Assembly: GCA_002746535.1 (NCBI GenBank)
Contig: NVWA01000008.1
Location: 67,098 to 131,097 of the forward strand
DNA from: Planctomycetota bacterium
Lineage (GTDB): Bacteria > Planctomycetota > GCA-2746535
DNA length: 64,000 bases
Direction: 5' to 3'
A program made the translations under genes and the position numbers. Shown here one piece after another: positions 17,679 to 28,926 of this stretch; position 1 is the first letter of the stretch, and each line of letters starts with the position of its first letter. The notes beneath the pieces were generated by a model. The model made no database searches. It was not told where the DNA came from and worked only from the letters and a program-made list of their open reading frames with translations.

Positions 17679-20501
17679 TTAAAATAAACCTTTGCCATGG
17701 CATTTTTTATATTTTTTGCCTGACCCGCAATGGCAAGGGTCATTTCGGCCTATTTTGGGCTCTTCATTTTTAATCGGTACAATTTCGATTTCTTCAAGAT
17801 TTATTAATTCTTTTTGAGATGCTGGTCCATTAGCGTCAAAGTCTGGGTGTAGTTCAGCAGTTGCTTCCCATTCATTTTGACTTAAAAGCTCTTCTTCTTC
17901 TTCTTGAGATATTTCCACATGCAAAACCAGGCTGACAACATCGTCAATAATTGCACCTGTCATTTGTGTGAAGAGTTCGTAGCCTTCTCTTTTATATTCT
18001 ACCTTCGGATCTTTTTGCGCTTGACCTCTTAAATGAATCCCTTCTTTGAGATAATCCATTGCATGCAGATGGTCTTTCCATTTTTGATCGACTACTTGAA
18101 GTAATAAAAACCGTTCTAATTCTCTAACACCTTCTTCGGTAATTTTCTTTTCTTTTTCGCTATAAAGTTGATCAATTTTTTGTTTTAAAACACCAAAGGC
18201 TTCCTGCTTGGATTTTTTTAATATTTCTTCTTTTGAAATTTCAACATTAAATTTAACTTTTGATTGTTCAATAAATTCATCATAATTCCGATCTTCTTCT
18301 GAGATATTTTCACTCATATGAATAGATGTAAAAACATCGATAGTATCTTGAATTTTTTCTTGGAAGGCATCTTTGAGATCAATGTCGTCTAAAATTTGTT
18401 GTCTCTCGCGATAAATTATTTGTCGTTGATCGCTCATGACACCATCATATTCCAATAAGTTTTTTCGAATGCTAAAGTTTCTGTCTTCTACTTTTTTCTG
18501 TGCTTTTTCGATAGATCTTGAAACCATCGGGTGATCCAGGGCTTCGCCATCGGTTAATCCCATTCTTCTTAAAATATTTGTCACCATTTCAGGAGCAAAA
18601 ATTTTCATAAGAGAATCTTCTAAGGAAAGATAGAACTGTGAGCCTCCAGGATCTCCTTGACGTCCACTTCTACCTCTAAGCTGATTATCGATTCTTCTGG
18701 AATCATGTCTTTCTGTGCCAACAATTAAAAGCCCACCGAGACCCGTCGCTGTTTCGCATATTCTCGCTTCTCTGACGCCATGGTAATTCATTAATTGAAG
18801 TAAATCTTTTTGAGCTTGATCTGAGGAGCCATCTTTGGCATCACATAACTTTTCTGCCCAGAATTTTTTAATTGTGGCGTCCAATTTTTCTTTTGGTAAT
18901 GAAGGATCAAGATCTTTAGGCGCTAAATCTTTTTCTTTCCAGAAGGCTATTAATTCGTTTACCGTAAAAGGTTTCATAACAATGTCGGTACCACGACCGG
19001 CCATATTTGTTGCAATTGTAACAGCACCTAGAGCACCAGCATTTGCAATGATATCAGCTTCTCTGGCATGTTGTTTAGCGTTTAATACGTCGTGCTGAAT
19101 GCCAGCTTTTAATAATTGATTTGAAAGTAATTCTGAATTTTCAATGGCGATAGTACCAATTAAAATCGGTCTACCTAAATTGTGATTAAATCTTATTTCT
19201 TCGAGTATGGCATTATATTTCTCTTTCGTGGTGCCATAGATTAAGTCATCCATATCCATTCGAATCAAAGGTTTGTTTGTTGGAATTTCAAGGACTTCTA
19301 AATCATAAATTTGTTTGAATTCTTTTGCTTCTGTTAAGGCAGTACCCGTCATGCCGGACATTTTCCCGTATAGTTTAAAGAAATTTTGATACGTAATTGT
19401 TGCCAACGTTTGGTTTTCTTCTTTAATATCGATACCTTCTTTTGCTTCTATGGCTTGATGTAGGCCATCACTCCATCGTCTTCCAGGCATGGTTCTACCT
19501 GTGTTTTCATCCACGATTAAAACGGAAACTTCTCCAGTTTCAAGATCTGGAGCAATCATATATTCATCATCTCTTTTGAATAAGTGATGTGCTCTGAGGG
19601 CATTATCTATAAAGTGAGGTAGGTGCATATTTTTACCAGAATATAAATCACCCATACCAATTAAGGTTTCAATTTTTTCGATTCCTTCTTCCGTCATGAC
19701 AACGGAGTGATCTTTTTCGCTAACATTAAAATGAATACCTTCTTTTAATTGTCTGACTTTAGTATCTATCATTTTATATGTATCAGCATGCTGTTCTGCG
19801 GGACCGGAAATAATCAAAGGTGTTCGTGCTTCATCAATTAAAATGGAGTCAACTTCATCAATTACACAAAAGTCAAGTGAGTGTTGGACTTGATGCTCCT
19901 TTCTTGTTTTCATGTTATCTCGTAGATAATCAAACCCAAATTCGCTGTTTGTGCCATATGTTACATCTGACTGATATGCGGTATCTCTTTCCTCTTGAGA
20001 CATGGCATTTTTTATAATTCCAACGGTTAAACCAAGAAATTCATAAATTTGTCCTTCTTTACCAGCATCACGTTCTGCTAGGTATTCATTTACTGTAATT
20101 AAGTGTGCACTGCCTTTTAATGCATTTAAGTAAATTGCTAGGGTAGCTACAATAGTTTTACCTTCACCAGTTTTCATTTCTGCTATTTTGCCTTGGTGTA
20201 AAACCATTCCTCCTATTAGCTGAACATCATAGTGTCGCATTTGTAGGACTCTTATTCCGGCTTCTCTAACTAGGGCAAAAGCTTCAGGCAGTATGTCGTC
20301 TAATGATTCACCTTTATCTAATCTTTCTCTGAATTTTATTGTCTGTTCTTTCATATCATCATCAGACATTTTTTGAATGGTAGATTCTAAAGAGTTTATT
20401 TTATCAACGGTATCCTGGAGTTTATCAAGTTCTCTTGCATTTCGGTCCCCTATAAAAAACTTTAAAATTTTGTCTATTGTAGATATAAAGTCTATTGCCA
20501 T
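17679..20501 (-). CDS. secA: Preprotein translocase ATPase SecA
   Basis: [55 protein letters not shown] motif [18 protein letters not shown]. Confidence 0.98.
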   Translation of the reverse strand: MAIDFISTIDKILKFFIGDRNARELDKLQDTVDKINSLESTIQKMSDDDMKEQTIKFRERLDKGESLDDILPEAFALVREAGIRVLQMRHYDVQLIGGMVLHQGKIAEMKTGEGKTIVATLAIYLNALKGSAHLITVNEYLAERDAGKEGQIYEFLGLTVGIIKNAMSQEERDTAYQSDVTYGTNSEFGFDYLRDNMKTRKEHQVQHSLDFCVIDEVDSILIDEARTPLIISGPAEQHADTYKMIDTKVRQLKEGIHFNVSEKDHSVVMTEEGIEKIETLIGMGDLYSGKNMHLPHFIDNALRAHHLFKRDDEYMIAPDLETGEVSVLIVDENTGRTMPGRRWSDGLHQAIEAKEGIDIKEENQTLATITYQNFFKLYGKMSGMTGTALTEAKEFKQIYDLEVLEIPTNKPLIRMDMDDLIYGTTKEKYNAILEEIRFNHNLGRPILIGTIAIENSELLSNQLLKAGIQHDVLNAKQHAREADIIANAGALGAVTIATNMAGRGTDIVMKPFTVNELIAFWKEKDLAPKDLDPSLPKEKLDATIKKFWAEKLCDAKDGSSDQAQKDLLQLMNYHGVREARICETATGLGGLLIVGTERHDSRRIDNQLRGRSGRQGDPGGSQFYLSLEDSLMKIFAPEMVTNILRRMGLTDGEALDHPMVSRSIEKAQKKVEDRNFSIRKNLLEYDGVMSDQRQIIYRERQQILDDIDLKDAFQEKIQDTIDVFTSIHMSENISEEDRNYDEFIEQSKVKFNVEISKEEILKKSKQEAFGVLKQKIDQLYSEKEKKITEEGVRELERFLLLQVVDQKWKDHLHAMDYLKEGIHLRGQAQKDPKVEYKREGYELFTQMTGAIIDDVVSLVLHVEISQEEEEELLSQNEWEATAELHPDFDANGPASQKELINLEEIEIVPIKNEEPKIGRNDPCHCGSGKKYKKCHGKGLF

Positions 20502-20520
20502 CTCGTTGACGTCCTCATCA

Positions 20521-21345
20521 TTATTTAATTTCCTTTAACATTTCATGTACAATAAGATTTAATTTAGGTTCTGCTTTATTTGCAATAGCAATTATTTCAG
20601 GAATGCTTACAGGTTTTAAAGCATCCGGTAGACATATATCTGTGATAATACTTAGACCTACTACTTTGATACCACAATGAACAGCGACTATCACTTCAGG
20701 TATTGTGCTCATTCCAACTACATCAGCACCAATTGTTCTTAAAAATCTATATTCAGCTCTGGTTTCAAGGTTTGGTCCTGTAACCCCAGCATAAACGCCT
20801 TTGTGAGTTTTGATTCCTAATTTCAAAGCAACATTTTGACCAAGGGTTATTTTTTTTTGATCATATGGTTCTACCATATCAGGAAACCTTGGACCTAATC
20901 GATCGTCATTTTTTCCAATTAAAGGGTTGATACCCATTAAGTTTATATGATCGTCAATGAACATTATATCGCCTAATGAATATTGAGGGTTCATACCTCC
21001 GCAGGCATTTGATACAAATATTAATTTGACGCCTAAGGCTTTCATTACTCTGACAGGAAATGTGATTTCATCGGTGGTAAATCCCTCGTAGTAATGAAGT
21101 CTACCTTCCATTGCTACAGCGGGTTTTCCACTTATGGTTCCAAAGACAAGTTGACCTTCATGAGAAATAGTTGTAGATGAACAAAAATGTGGAATTTGGT
21201 TAAAGGGAATGCATTTTTTATTCTTGATTTTTTTGGCGAAGCCTCCTAGGCCTGTCCCTAAAATAATCCCATTAGGAATTTTTTTTGAGCCGACTTCTTT
21301 TTTAAGATATTTAAATGCTTCTTGAATTTTTGAGAACAGATCCAT
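20521..21345 (-). CDS. punA: Purine nucleoside phosphorylase (trimeric type)
   Basis: [37 protein letters not shown]. Confidence 0.92.
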   Translation of the reverse strand: MDLFSKIQEAFKYLKKEVGSKKIPNGIILGTGLGGFAKKIKNKKCIPFNQIPHFCSSTTISHEGQLVFGTISGKPAVAMEGRLHYYEGFTTDEITFPVRVMKALGVKLIFVSNACGGMNPQYSLGDIMFIDDHINLMGINPLIGKNDDRLGPRFPDMVEPYDQKKITLGQNVALKLGIKTHKGVYAGVTGPNLETRAEYRFLRTIGADVVGMSTIPEVIVAVHCGIKVVGLSIITDICLPDALKPVSIPEIIAIANKAEPKLNLIVHEMLKEIK

Positions 21346-21365
21346 TATATATAACTAATTATTCT

Positions 21366-23867
21366 TTAAGCTTTTTCATCGTTGCTTTTAGTTGTGAATT
21401 CTTTGTCCTTTTTTTCACTTACCTCATCAAATTTATCTGATATTTCTTTCTTTTTCTCAACATCTTTCGTTTTTACATCTTCAATGATTTCTAAAGTTGT
21501 TGAATTAGCTCCATCAAGTTTTATTGACTCAGCTTTAAAACTTATATTGTCTTCTGTTTCTGTTCGAGAATCTATTAATCCTGCGCCAAAATTTCTAGCA
21601 GATCCAGATAAAGAAATGAATTGTACATTTGGTTCTTCTACTTTTGGTTTTAATGTATCTGAGACCGCCTTTTTATCTTTTGACGCATCTTCGACTTTCT
21701 TTTTGGGCGAAGATTTCTTAGAATCGATGTCAATTGTGTTGAAAGAATTAGTTTCAACTTGGTTAACTTCTGCATCATTTAACTCTACATTAATCACATT
21801 TGAATCTTCATTAATATTTTCTGTTTCAATTGTATCGCCTGATTTTATTTCAGTATTTGGATCTTTATTCTTTATTTTTTCTATAGCAGCTAAATCTTCA
21901 ATTGACTTTATTTCTAATTGTTTTGCCTGAATCTCTTCTAGCCTTCTCTTTTCTTGTTCTAAAAGTTCCATTTCTTTGTCGATGTATTCAATTGTCGCAA
22001 ATGTATCTTCATTCTTCTCGACAATTTTATTTTCTTCTATATCTATTATTCTGAAATTTTCCCTAGCATACTGAAACTTTTCTTCAGAAATTCTATCAGG
22101 TCTTTTTCTTGTTCTGCGTCTTCTATTATTATAATCCTGAGTCGCTGGTACCGCGGTAGGTTCTTCCTTGCCAGGTTGTGTTGGCGATTTTTTATTTGTT
22201 ATTTCATAAAAATGGTCGTTTAATAAATCTTGAATTGGTTTAGGTAGTTCTTTGGCCTCTATGCCATCATCATTGTACTTCCAATGAGATTTTGATTGTT
22301 TCTTAATTCTTTCTTGAAATGATCTAGTTTGTGACCGTTCTTTTCTATCTTTTGCCACATGAGCTCTTTTAGATTCTTCTTCTAATACTGACTTGCTCAT
22401 TACGGCAAAGTTTTCAAACCCAGGCAATACCATTGGATTGCTAGTAACCTTTATAGAAATATTATTTGAATGTTCAATTTTTTGAATAGCACCCCTCTTT
22501 TCATTTAGTAGGTGATCCGCGACAATGATCGCGGCTTCAATTCTAATTTCTCCTCTTGATCCAGTATTAACAGCCAAATCCGTTAATTTTCTTACAACTG
22601 CCATTCCGGCAACTGAAGTAGCACGTAGAAGACCACGTCCATTGCAGGTAGTACAGGCATTTTTGCTTATAGATGCAAAGTTCGCTTTTATTCGCTGTCT
22701 TGACATTTCCATTAAACCAAATTTACCAATAGAGCTAATTTCAATTCTGGCCTTATCTTTTTTAGTAGCTTGTAGCATAATTTTTTCAATTATCTTGCGG
22801 TGTTTAAAGTGGTTCATGTCTATAAAGTCTATGACGACTAATCCACCTAAATTTCTAATTCGTAATTGCCTTGCTACTTCAACGGCGGCCTCAACATTTG
22901 TTTGGAATGCTAATGTTTCTTGTCCGGATTCTGATTTTGCGCTACCAGAATTCACATCAATTGATATCAAAGCTTCTGTTGGGTCGATGCAAATACTTCC
23001 ACCCGATGGCAGAGGGCTCATTCTTTCGTACATTTGATCAATTTGTTGCTCAACATTATATTTTGCAAAGAGGGGGCGTTTATCTCGATAACTTTTTACA
23101 GCATCTAAGTGCTCTGGCATAAAGCGTTTAAAAAATTCAATAGCTTTTTTATAAACTTTATAATTATCAATTACTACTTCATTAATGTCTTTTGAAAAAT
23201 AATCTCTTAATGATCGAATTGTCATATCAAGATCTTCATAAAGTAAACCAACTCCTTTTTTATGTTTAAAGGTGGTTAAGATATTTTTGTATTCTTTGAC
23301 TAAAGATTGGTAGTCGGATTTAAGTGCTTGGTCATCGTGGCCGACACCAGCAGTCCGAATTATAATAGCGATATTTTCATCGCCTTCTTTTAATATTTTT
23401 AATGTTTCTTTTAATGTTTTACGTTCTCTTTCGCTTTCAATTTTTCTTGAAATACCTCCGCCAGTACTTTCTGGCATTACGACCATGAATCTTCCTGGTA
23501 GCGAAAGATATGTAGTAAAAACAGCACCTTTGTGCATTACTTCTTCTCTTTCGGCTTGAACGAGAAGTGAGGTACCTTTTTTTAGAAATTCATGAGATCT
23601 AGAGGGATTAAAATTGCCCTCACAATCGAAATATTTTTTCTGTACATCGCTGAGAGGTAAAAACCCATGGCGATTACTTCCATACTCAATGAAAGCGGCC
23701 TCTAAACCGGCATCAACATTTACTACAGTAGCTTTATAAATGTTCCCTTTAATTTGACCTTTTGCATCTGTTTCGACGATAAGGTTCTCAATGAGTCCCT
23801 TTTCATCAAGTACAGCAACACGGGTTTCCTCCCGGTCAACTGCATTGATAAGCATCCTTTTTGACAT
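21366..23867 (-). CDS. rne: Ribonuclease E/G family protein with long charged C-terminal region
   Basis: KRMLINA, GNIYKA, RHGFLP, IDVNSG, QLRIRNLGGLVVIDFIDM, Zn-link CTTC; ATG at 23867 preferred over the ORF-track start 23900. Confidence 0.92.
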   Translation of the reverse strand: MSKRMLINAVDREETRVAVLDEKGLIENLIVETDAKGQIKGNIYKATVVNVDAGLEAAFIEYGSNRHGFLPLSDVQKKYFDCEGNFNPSRSHEFLKKGTSLLVQAEREEVMHKGAVFTTYLSLPGRFMVVMPESTGGGISRKIESERERKTLKETLKILKEGDENIAIIIRTAGVGHDDQALKSDYQSLVKEYKNILTTFKHKKGVGLLYEDLDMTIRSLRDYFSKDINEVVIDNYKVYKKAIEFFKRFMPEHLDAVKSYRDKRPLFAKYNVEQQIDQMYERMSPLPSGGSICIDPTEALISIDVNSGSAKSESGQETLAFQTNVEAAVEVARQLRIRNLGGLVVIDFIDMNHFKHRKIIEKIMLQATKKDKARIEISSIGKFGLMEMSRQRIKANFASISKNACTTCNGRGLLRATSVAGMAVVRKLTDLAVNTGSRGEIRIEAAIIVADHLLNEKRGAIQKIEHSNNISIKVTSNPMVLPGFENFAVMSKSVLEEESKRAHVAKDRKERSQTRSFQERIKKQSKSHWKYNDDGIEAKELPKPIQDLLNDHFYEITNKKSPTQPGKEEPTAVPATQDYNNRRRRTRKRPDRISEEKFQYARENFRIIDIEENKIVEKNEDTFATIEYIDKEMELLEQEKRRLEEIQAKQLEIKSIEDLAAIEKIKNKDPNTEIKSGDTIETENINEDSNVINVELNDAEVNQVETNSFNTIDIDSKKSSPKKKVEDASKDKKAVSDTLKPKVEEPNVQFISLSGSARNFGAGLIDSRTETEDNISFKAESIKLDGANSTTLEIIEDVKTKDVEKKKEISDKFDEVSEKKDKEFTTKSNDEKA

Positions 23868-24425
23868 TTGTTTGTCCCTAAAACCTTTTGGCAAGGGCAA
23901 GAATTTGGGGTATGATTTTTTTTCTGGTCAAACCAGTAATTTTGAGTGTTTTTATACTTCAATGTCATACTTACCGTTAAAATGAATTCTTTTTTTACCC
24001 TGTGCACAAACTTGTTAATTTAAGCATGATTGAAGACGCAGATTAAAGCGTTTTATATCAACCATTTACATGTTCTTTTGTGTAACTTCCATTTCTTTTC
24101 ACTGATCATTCTTCAGCTATTCAGAAATTTTTCTTCTTTTATATAATCTTTACTTTGTTTACTTATAACAGCAGTGATTCATCACTGTTAAATTAAAAAT
24201 AAATTTCGTTCCTTGCTATTTGTTTACTATTATGACAATTGAAGCAGAATTATAAAGGCAATTACTTTGCTAGAGGGATGAATCCTGCGAAAGTCTAAAA
24301 TTTATTAAATATATGAAAATTATTAATGGTATTCTTAAAGGTTCATTCGGCAGAAATTAATACACTAGTAGAGCTTTCAGACTGAAAAGAGGTCTATTTT
24401 TTCACTTTTTTAGAAAGTTAGCATA

Positions 24426-24453
24426 TTGACAAAACATTGAGATTTGTTTTAAT
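24426..24453 (+). promoter_or_regulatory. Possible sigma70 promoter of the MoxR cluster
   Basis: TTGACA-N16-TTTAAT with TGn extension. Confidence 0.4.
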
Positions 24454-24628
24454 CCATTTCGTTGAGCAAGGGTTTTAATTTATTATTCGAAATTAAAAGT
24501 CTAGTGCAATTCATATTGTCGAAGTGTACACTATGCGTATACTCCCCCCCCGTTAATGGCATGCTGGTTTACCTAATACATTCCACGTGTTAATTATTAA
24601 ATTCTAAATTAAGTTATTGGAGATCTTG

Positions 24629-25804
24629 ATGGATATTATAGGCGTCTGTGACAAGTGTCAAAAAAAATACAAATCTGCCAGTAGAAAAGATGGCGATACT
24701 AAAGAATGTAAATGTGGTGGATTAATCACTTTTGGAAGTGGTGAATCGACTTCGTCAGCAAGTGCTTCGATAGCTTCTACTTCTGCAAAAATTACTAGTT
24801 CAGTAAAGCAAGACAATTCAGAAGATCAGGAAAAAGTTATAGATCTTGGTAAATCCTTTGGGAAAATTAAAAAAGAAATTGCAAAAAAGATTATTGGTCA
24901 AAATGAAATTGTTGAGCAGTTATTAGTTTCAGTATTTGCTGGAGGTCACTGTCTTTTAGAAGGTGTGCCAGGATTAGCTAAAACATTACTGATTAATTCT
25001 TTATGTGAAGCGCTTCATTTAGATTTTAAAAGAATTCAATTTACACCAGATATGATGCCATCTGACATTACAGGTACTGAGATTATTCAGGATGATGAAA
25101 ATGGCAATAGAATGTATAAATTTTTACCTGGTCCAATATTTTCTAATATTGTGTTAGCAGACGAAATTAACCGTACACCACCTAAAACTCAGGCCGCATT
25201 GTTAGAAGCAATGCAGGAAAAGCAAGTCTCAATTGGGGGTAAAGTTTACACTCTAGACAAACCTTTCTTTGTAATGGCGACAATGAACCCAATTGATCAA
25301 GAGGGTACATATAGTTTGCCAGAAGCCCAGCAAGACAGATTTTTATTCAAAATTTATGTTGATTATCCAAGTTTTGATGAGGAAATTGAAATTGCTGAAA
25401 CAGTAACGTCAGGAATTACTAAGGATATTGTCTCAGTGGTTTCTGGTGAAGAAATTTTAGATTTTCAGGGTTTAATAAAAAGAGCTCCTGTAGCGAGACA
25501 TGTCTTAGAGTATGCTGTACGATTGGTTAGAGCAACACGAAAAGAAAAAGATGAAGCTCCTGATTTTGTTAAAGAATGGATTAATATTGGTGCAGGACCA
25601 CGTGCGTGTTTAGCTTTAATTAGTGCTGCGAAGGCGAGAGCAATACTTCATGGACGCTATCATGTTGCAACTGAAGATATCGCCGCAATTTCAGGACCAG
25701 TATTTCGCCACCGAATTTCTCCAAATTTTGGAGCTCAAGCAGAAGGGATTAATTCAGATAAATTAGTTGAGAGATTAATTGAAGAAATCCCACAGAATGT
25801 ATAA
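24629..25804 (+). CDS. moxR: MoxR-family AAA+ ATPase with N-terminal Cys-rich extension
   Basis: LEGVPGLAKT, RIQFTPD, LADEINRTPPKTQAALLEAMQE, LPEAQQDRF; ATG 24629 after TTGGAG. Confidence 0.95.
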   Translation: MDIIGVCDKCQKKYKSASRKDGDTKECKCGGLITFGSGESTSSASASIASTSAKITSSVKQDNSEDQEKVIDLGKSFGKIKKEIAKKIIGQNEIVEQLLVSVFAGGHCLLEGVPGLAKTLLINSLCEALHLDFKRIQFTPDMMPSDITGTEIIQDDENGNRMYKFLPGPIFSNIVLADEINRTPPKTQAALLEAMQEKQVSIGGKVYTLDKPFFVMATMNPIDQEGTYSLPEAQQDRFLFKIYVDYPSFDEEIEIAETVTSGITKDIVSVVSGEEILDFQGLIKRAPVARHVLEYAVRLVRATRKEKDEAPDFVKEWINIGAGPRACLALISAAKARAILHGRYHVATEDIAAISGPVFRHRISPNFGAQAEGINSDKLVERLIEEIPQNV

Positions 25805-25847
25805 CAGAATTTTTTTTCTAATTGAGTTAACCTTAAGTTTTGAGTGA

Positions 25848-26747
25848 ATGAAAGTCTTAACCAAATATCTAAATAAGCAAGCGATAGCTGCCATTGCCAA
25901 GATGGATATGGAGCCTCGTGGTTTAGTTGCTGGTAGCCAAGCCGGAAATCATAAATCTCCTTTTCAGGGATTTTCTGTTGAGTTTGCTGGCCATAGAGAA
26001 TATGTTCCTGGGGATGATATTAAGCATATTGACTGGAATGTCTTCTATAAAAAAGATAAATATTTTATTAAACAATACGAAGCTGAAACCAATTTAGTTT
26101 GTCAAATATTTCTTGATGTAAGCGAATCTATGAGATTTGGTTCTCATGAGAAAACGAAATTAGATTTCGCATATGAATTGGCTGTTTGTTTGACTTATCT
26201 AGTTACTAAAGCTAGTGATAAAGTAGGTTGCTGTGTATTTGATGAAACGATTCTTCAATACATACGGCCTAGCAATAGTTTGGCAACTGTTTATAAACTT
26301 AATTCTATTCTAGAGGAAACGAAAGCCACAAAAAAGACTAGCGTTGAAAAAAATCTGATGGATTTCGCTGAGCGTTTAGGGCGAAGGGAAATTGTTATTT
26401 TGATTTCAGATTTCTTGATCAATCCTGAGGAATTAAAAAGAGGCTTAGGTCGCTTAAGGTATGATAACCACGAAATCGTTTTGTTTCATATGATAGATCC
26501 ATATGAAAAAGATTTTCCAATGGATGGTAGAATTAAATTTATTGGATTGGAAGGTTTTCCCGAGTTGAAGTTACAGCCGCGACAAATCAGAAAAGCATAC
26601 CTCGAAAAGTTTAATAATCATCGTGATAAAATTGTTGAAATTTGTGAAAAAAATAGAGTTGAATATGTTGAAGTAGATACAAGTAAGCCATTAGCGGAAT
26701 TGATGTTTCAATATATGGTTTCTCGTTTGACTCATATTACTAGATAG
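25848..26747 (+). CDS. DUF58 family protein
   Basis: G.HKSPFQGFSVEFAGHREYVPGDD..HIDW, LDVSESM, LISDF. Confidence 0.93.
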   Translation: MKVLTKYLNKQAIAAIAKMDMEPRGLVAGSQAGNHKSPFQGFSVEFAGHREYVPGDDIKHIDWNVFYKKDKYFIKQYEAETNLVCQIFLDVSESMRFGSHEKTKLDFAYELAVCLTYLVTKASDKVGCCVFDETILQYIRPSNSLATVYKLNSILEETKATKKTSVEKNLMDFAERLGRREIVILISDFLINPEELKRGLGRLRYDNHEIVLFHMIDPYEKDFPMDGRIKFIGLEGFPELKLQPRQIRKAYLEKFNNHRDKIVEICEKNRVEYVEVDTSKPLAELMFQYMVSRLTHITR

Positions 26748-26769
26748 GGGATATAGGAAATTTAATTTA

Positions 26770-28926
26770 ATGTTTATTCATTTTGCATTTTTAGCAGGAT
26801 TAGGCTTAACGGCCATACCCATCATTATTCACATTCTTCAAAAGAATAGAGTGAAAGAAATGGAATGGGCTGCCATGAAGTTTTTGCTGGAAATTGTTGA
26901 AGAGCAAAATAAGAAAATTCAACTGGAAGATCTTCTGTTATTGATATTACGTGTGTTGATGTTCATCTTCTTAGTCCTTGGTATTGCTCGACCAATTATG
27001 AGTATTTCATCTGCTGGCCTCTTAGATTCAAATGGTCAAATTGTGATTTTAATGGATGACTCTTATTCAATGAGTACTAGAGAAGGATTAGAAACTAGAT
27101 TTGATAATGCAAAAAAACGGGCTATAAAATTATTAGAGAACCAACCCAAAGGGTATGGCGTTTCCATAGTGAGGTTTAACCAATATTCAACAACCTTGAC
27201 CGGCGGTTTTTCTGTGGATCATGAGTTATTGAAACAAACAGTTACTAAAATGAAACCAGGATTTTTAAAAGGTAATATTGAAAATGGATTGGATTATGCA
27301 ATTAGACTGTTCACTAAAGATGAAGGCAAAAAGGTTATTTTTCTAATTAGTGATTTTCAAGAAAAAGATTGGGCAAGTGCCGGTGCGGATTTAACCAATA
27401 GGATAAAAGAACTTAATGGCAAAATTGAATTCACGTTTATTCCTGTAACAGATTCAATTAAAGAAAATGTTGCCGTTGAAAGTGTAACTTCAACCCAATC
27501 AGCAGTTAAGCTTGGTGAAAAAGCCACCATAATTGGCGTGCTAAGAAATTATGGTAAGGAAGTCGCCAAAGATCAAAATGTTGATTTTCTAGTGAATGGT
27601 AGCTTAGTTGAGAGTTCAATAGCTTCGATTCCTCCAGGTCAGACGGCAAAAATAATTTTTTCTTATGTGCCCGAGGAATCAGGTGACCAACGTATTGAAG
27701 TGAAATTAAGGCATGATAAAGTCGAGCCTGATAACTCATCATTCTTTACATTGAAAGTAGTTGATCAATTGAGAGTTTTAGGGGTTTTAGATGAATCTTC
27801 AATAGGCCTAAAATTCCATGAGATAACAATGGCAGACATGGCTTTGAATCCTTTCCCATTAGCATCTAAAGATGAAAGGGCTTTGTATAAATTTGAATAT
27901 ATTGGAATTTCAAGCTTAGCAAGTGTCAAGTTGAGTGACTATGATTTTGTTTTAATAGCAAATGTTAGAGACATAACAGGTATAGATGCAAAACCACTTG
28001 AAGATTATGTAAAACAAGGTGGCGGTGTTATCATGTTCCTAGGGCCTAATGTGAAATTAGAAACTTATAATAATAACCTATATAAAGATGGGGAAGGTTT
28101 ATGGTCATTTCCCTTATCTGAACAGGTGGCCGAATCTGAAAAAGATAAAGCATTGGAATTTAATGGTGAAAATAAAGAGCACCCTATTTGGCAATTTATC
28201 TTAAGTGAAGGACGAAATTATTTAACACCGTTTAAAGTATTTAAGTCGTTCACATTTGACGTAAAAGAAAACACGAAGGCGATTGTTTTGGGCACGGTAA
28301 AGTCTGACAAAATGAATATTGCTAAACCTTGTTTGGTGGACTTCTCTTATGGGGCGGGCCATGTAATTGTTTATGGGTCTTCATCGAATATGAAATGGGG
28401 TCGTTTCCCCATTCATCCTTCTTTCGTGGCTTTTATGCACCAGAGTTTTAAATATTTAAAATCATTTAGTTCATCAAGTTCTAATCTATCCATATATGCA
28501 GAATATAAGAAGAAGGTTGGTTTAGAGGAAAGTCAGGCAAGCTATCAGTTGATTGCTCCCTCAGGAAGTGCTTATACATTAAGCGTATTAGGTGAAAATG
28601 ATATTTATGAATTAAAAATTGATTCATCTAAATTAAGTGAACATGGGTTTTATAAACTTGTAAATTTGGATGACAAAACCAAAGAAAGTTTTTTAAGTAT
28701 AAATTTGGACGTATCAGAAGGTGATATTTCTTGTATGCAAAATGGTGCCATTGAGTCTAGCTTTAAACCTTTAGGGGTTAATGTAGATTTATCTGGTGGG
28801 GAATTAAGTGTAGCTCTTAACAACATTGATCCCATAACCGAATTGGCTTTTATCTTTTTGATATTAGCTTTTATCTGTTGGGTGGCTGAAAATTTACTGG
28901 GATATAGAATTACTAAAAGATCATGA
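26770..28926 (+). CDS. BatA/vWA domain membrane protein
   Basis: BatA N-terminus PIIIHIL..WAAMKFL, LLL.LR..ARP; MIDAS DDSYSM, LISDF; Ig-like middle; C-terminal TM. Confidence 0.88.
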   Translation: MFIHFAFLAGLGLTAIPIIIHILQKNRVKEMEWAAMKFLLEIVEEQNKKIQLEDLLLLILRVLMFIFLVLGIARPIMSISSAGLLDSNGQIVILMDDSYSMSTREGLETRFDNAKKRAIKLLENQPKGYGVSIVRFNQYSTTLTGGFSVDHELLKQTVTKMKPGFLKGNIENGLDYAIRLFTKDEGKKVIFLISDFQEKDWASAGADLTNRIKELNGKIEFTFIPVTDSIKENVAVESVTSTQSAVKLGEKATIIGVLRNYGKEVAKDQNVDFLVNGSLVESSIASIPPGQTAKIIFSYVPEESGDQRIEVKLRHDKVEPDNSSFFTLKVVDQLRVLGVLDESSIGLKFHEITMADMALNPFPLASKDERALYKFEYIGISSLASVKLSDYDFVLIANVRDITGIDAKPLEDYVKQGGGVIMFLGPNVKLETYNNNLYKDGEGLWSFPLSEQVAESEKDKALEFNGENKEHPIWQFILSEGRNYLTPFKVFKSFTFDVKENTKAIVLGTVKSDKMNIAKPCLVDFSYGAGHVIVYGSSSNMKWGRFPIHPSFVAFMHQSFKYLKSFSSSSSNLSIYAEYKKKVGLEESQASYQLIAPSGSAYTLSVLGENDIYELKIDSSKLSEHGFYKLVNLDDKTKESFLSINLDVSEGDISCMQNGAIESSFKPLGVNVDLSGGELSVALNNIDPITELAFIFLILAFICWVAENLLGYRITKRS

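Noticed and set aside
18740-18980. Unusual insert in SecA after GRGTDI
   Set aside because: Falls in the known variable (VAR) subdomain of SecA.
24556-24572. TGGCATG as a sigma54 promoter for moxR
   Set aside because: The -12 position reads TA, not GC; spacing does not fit.
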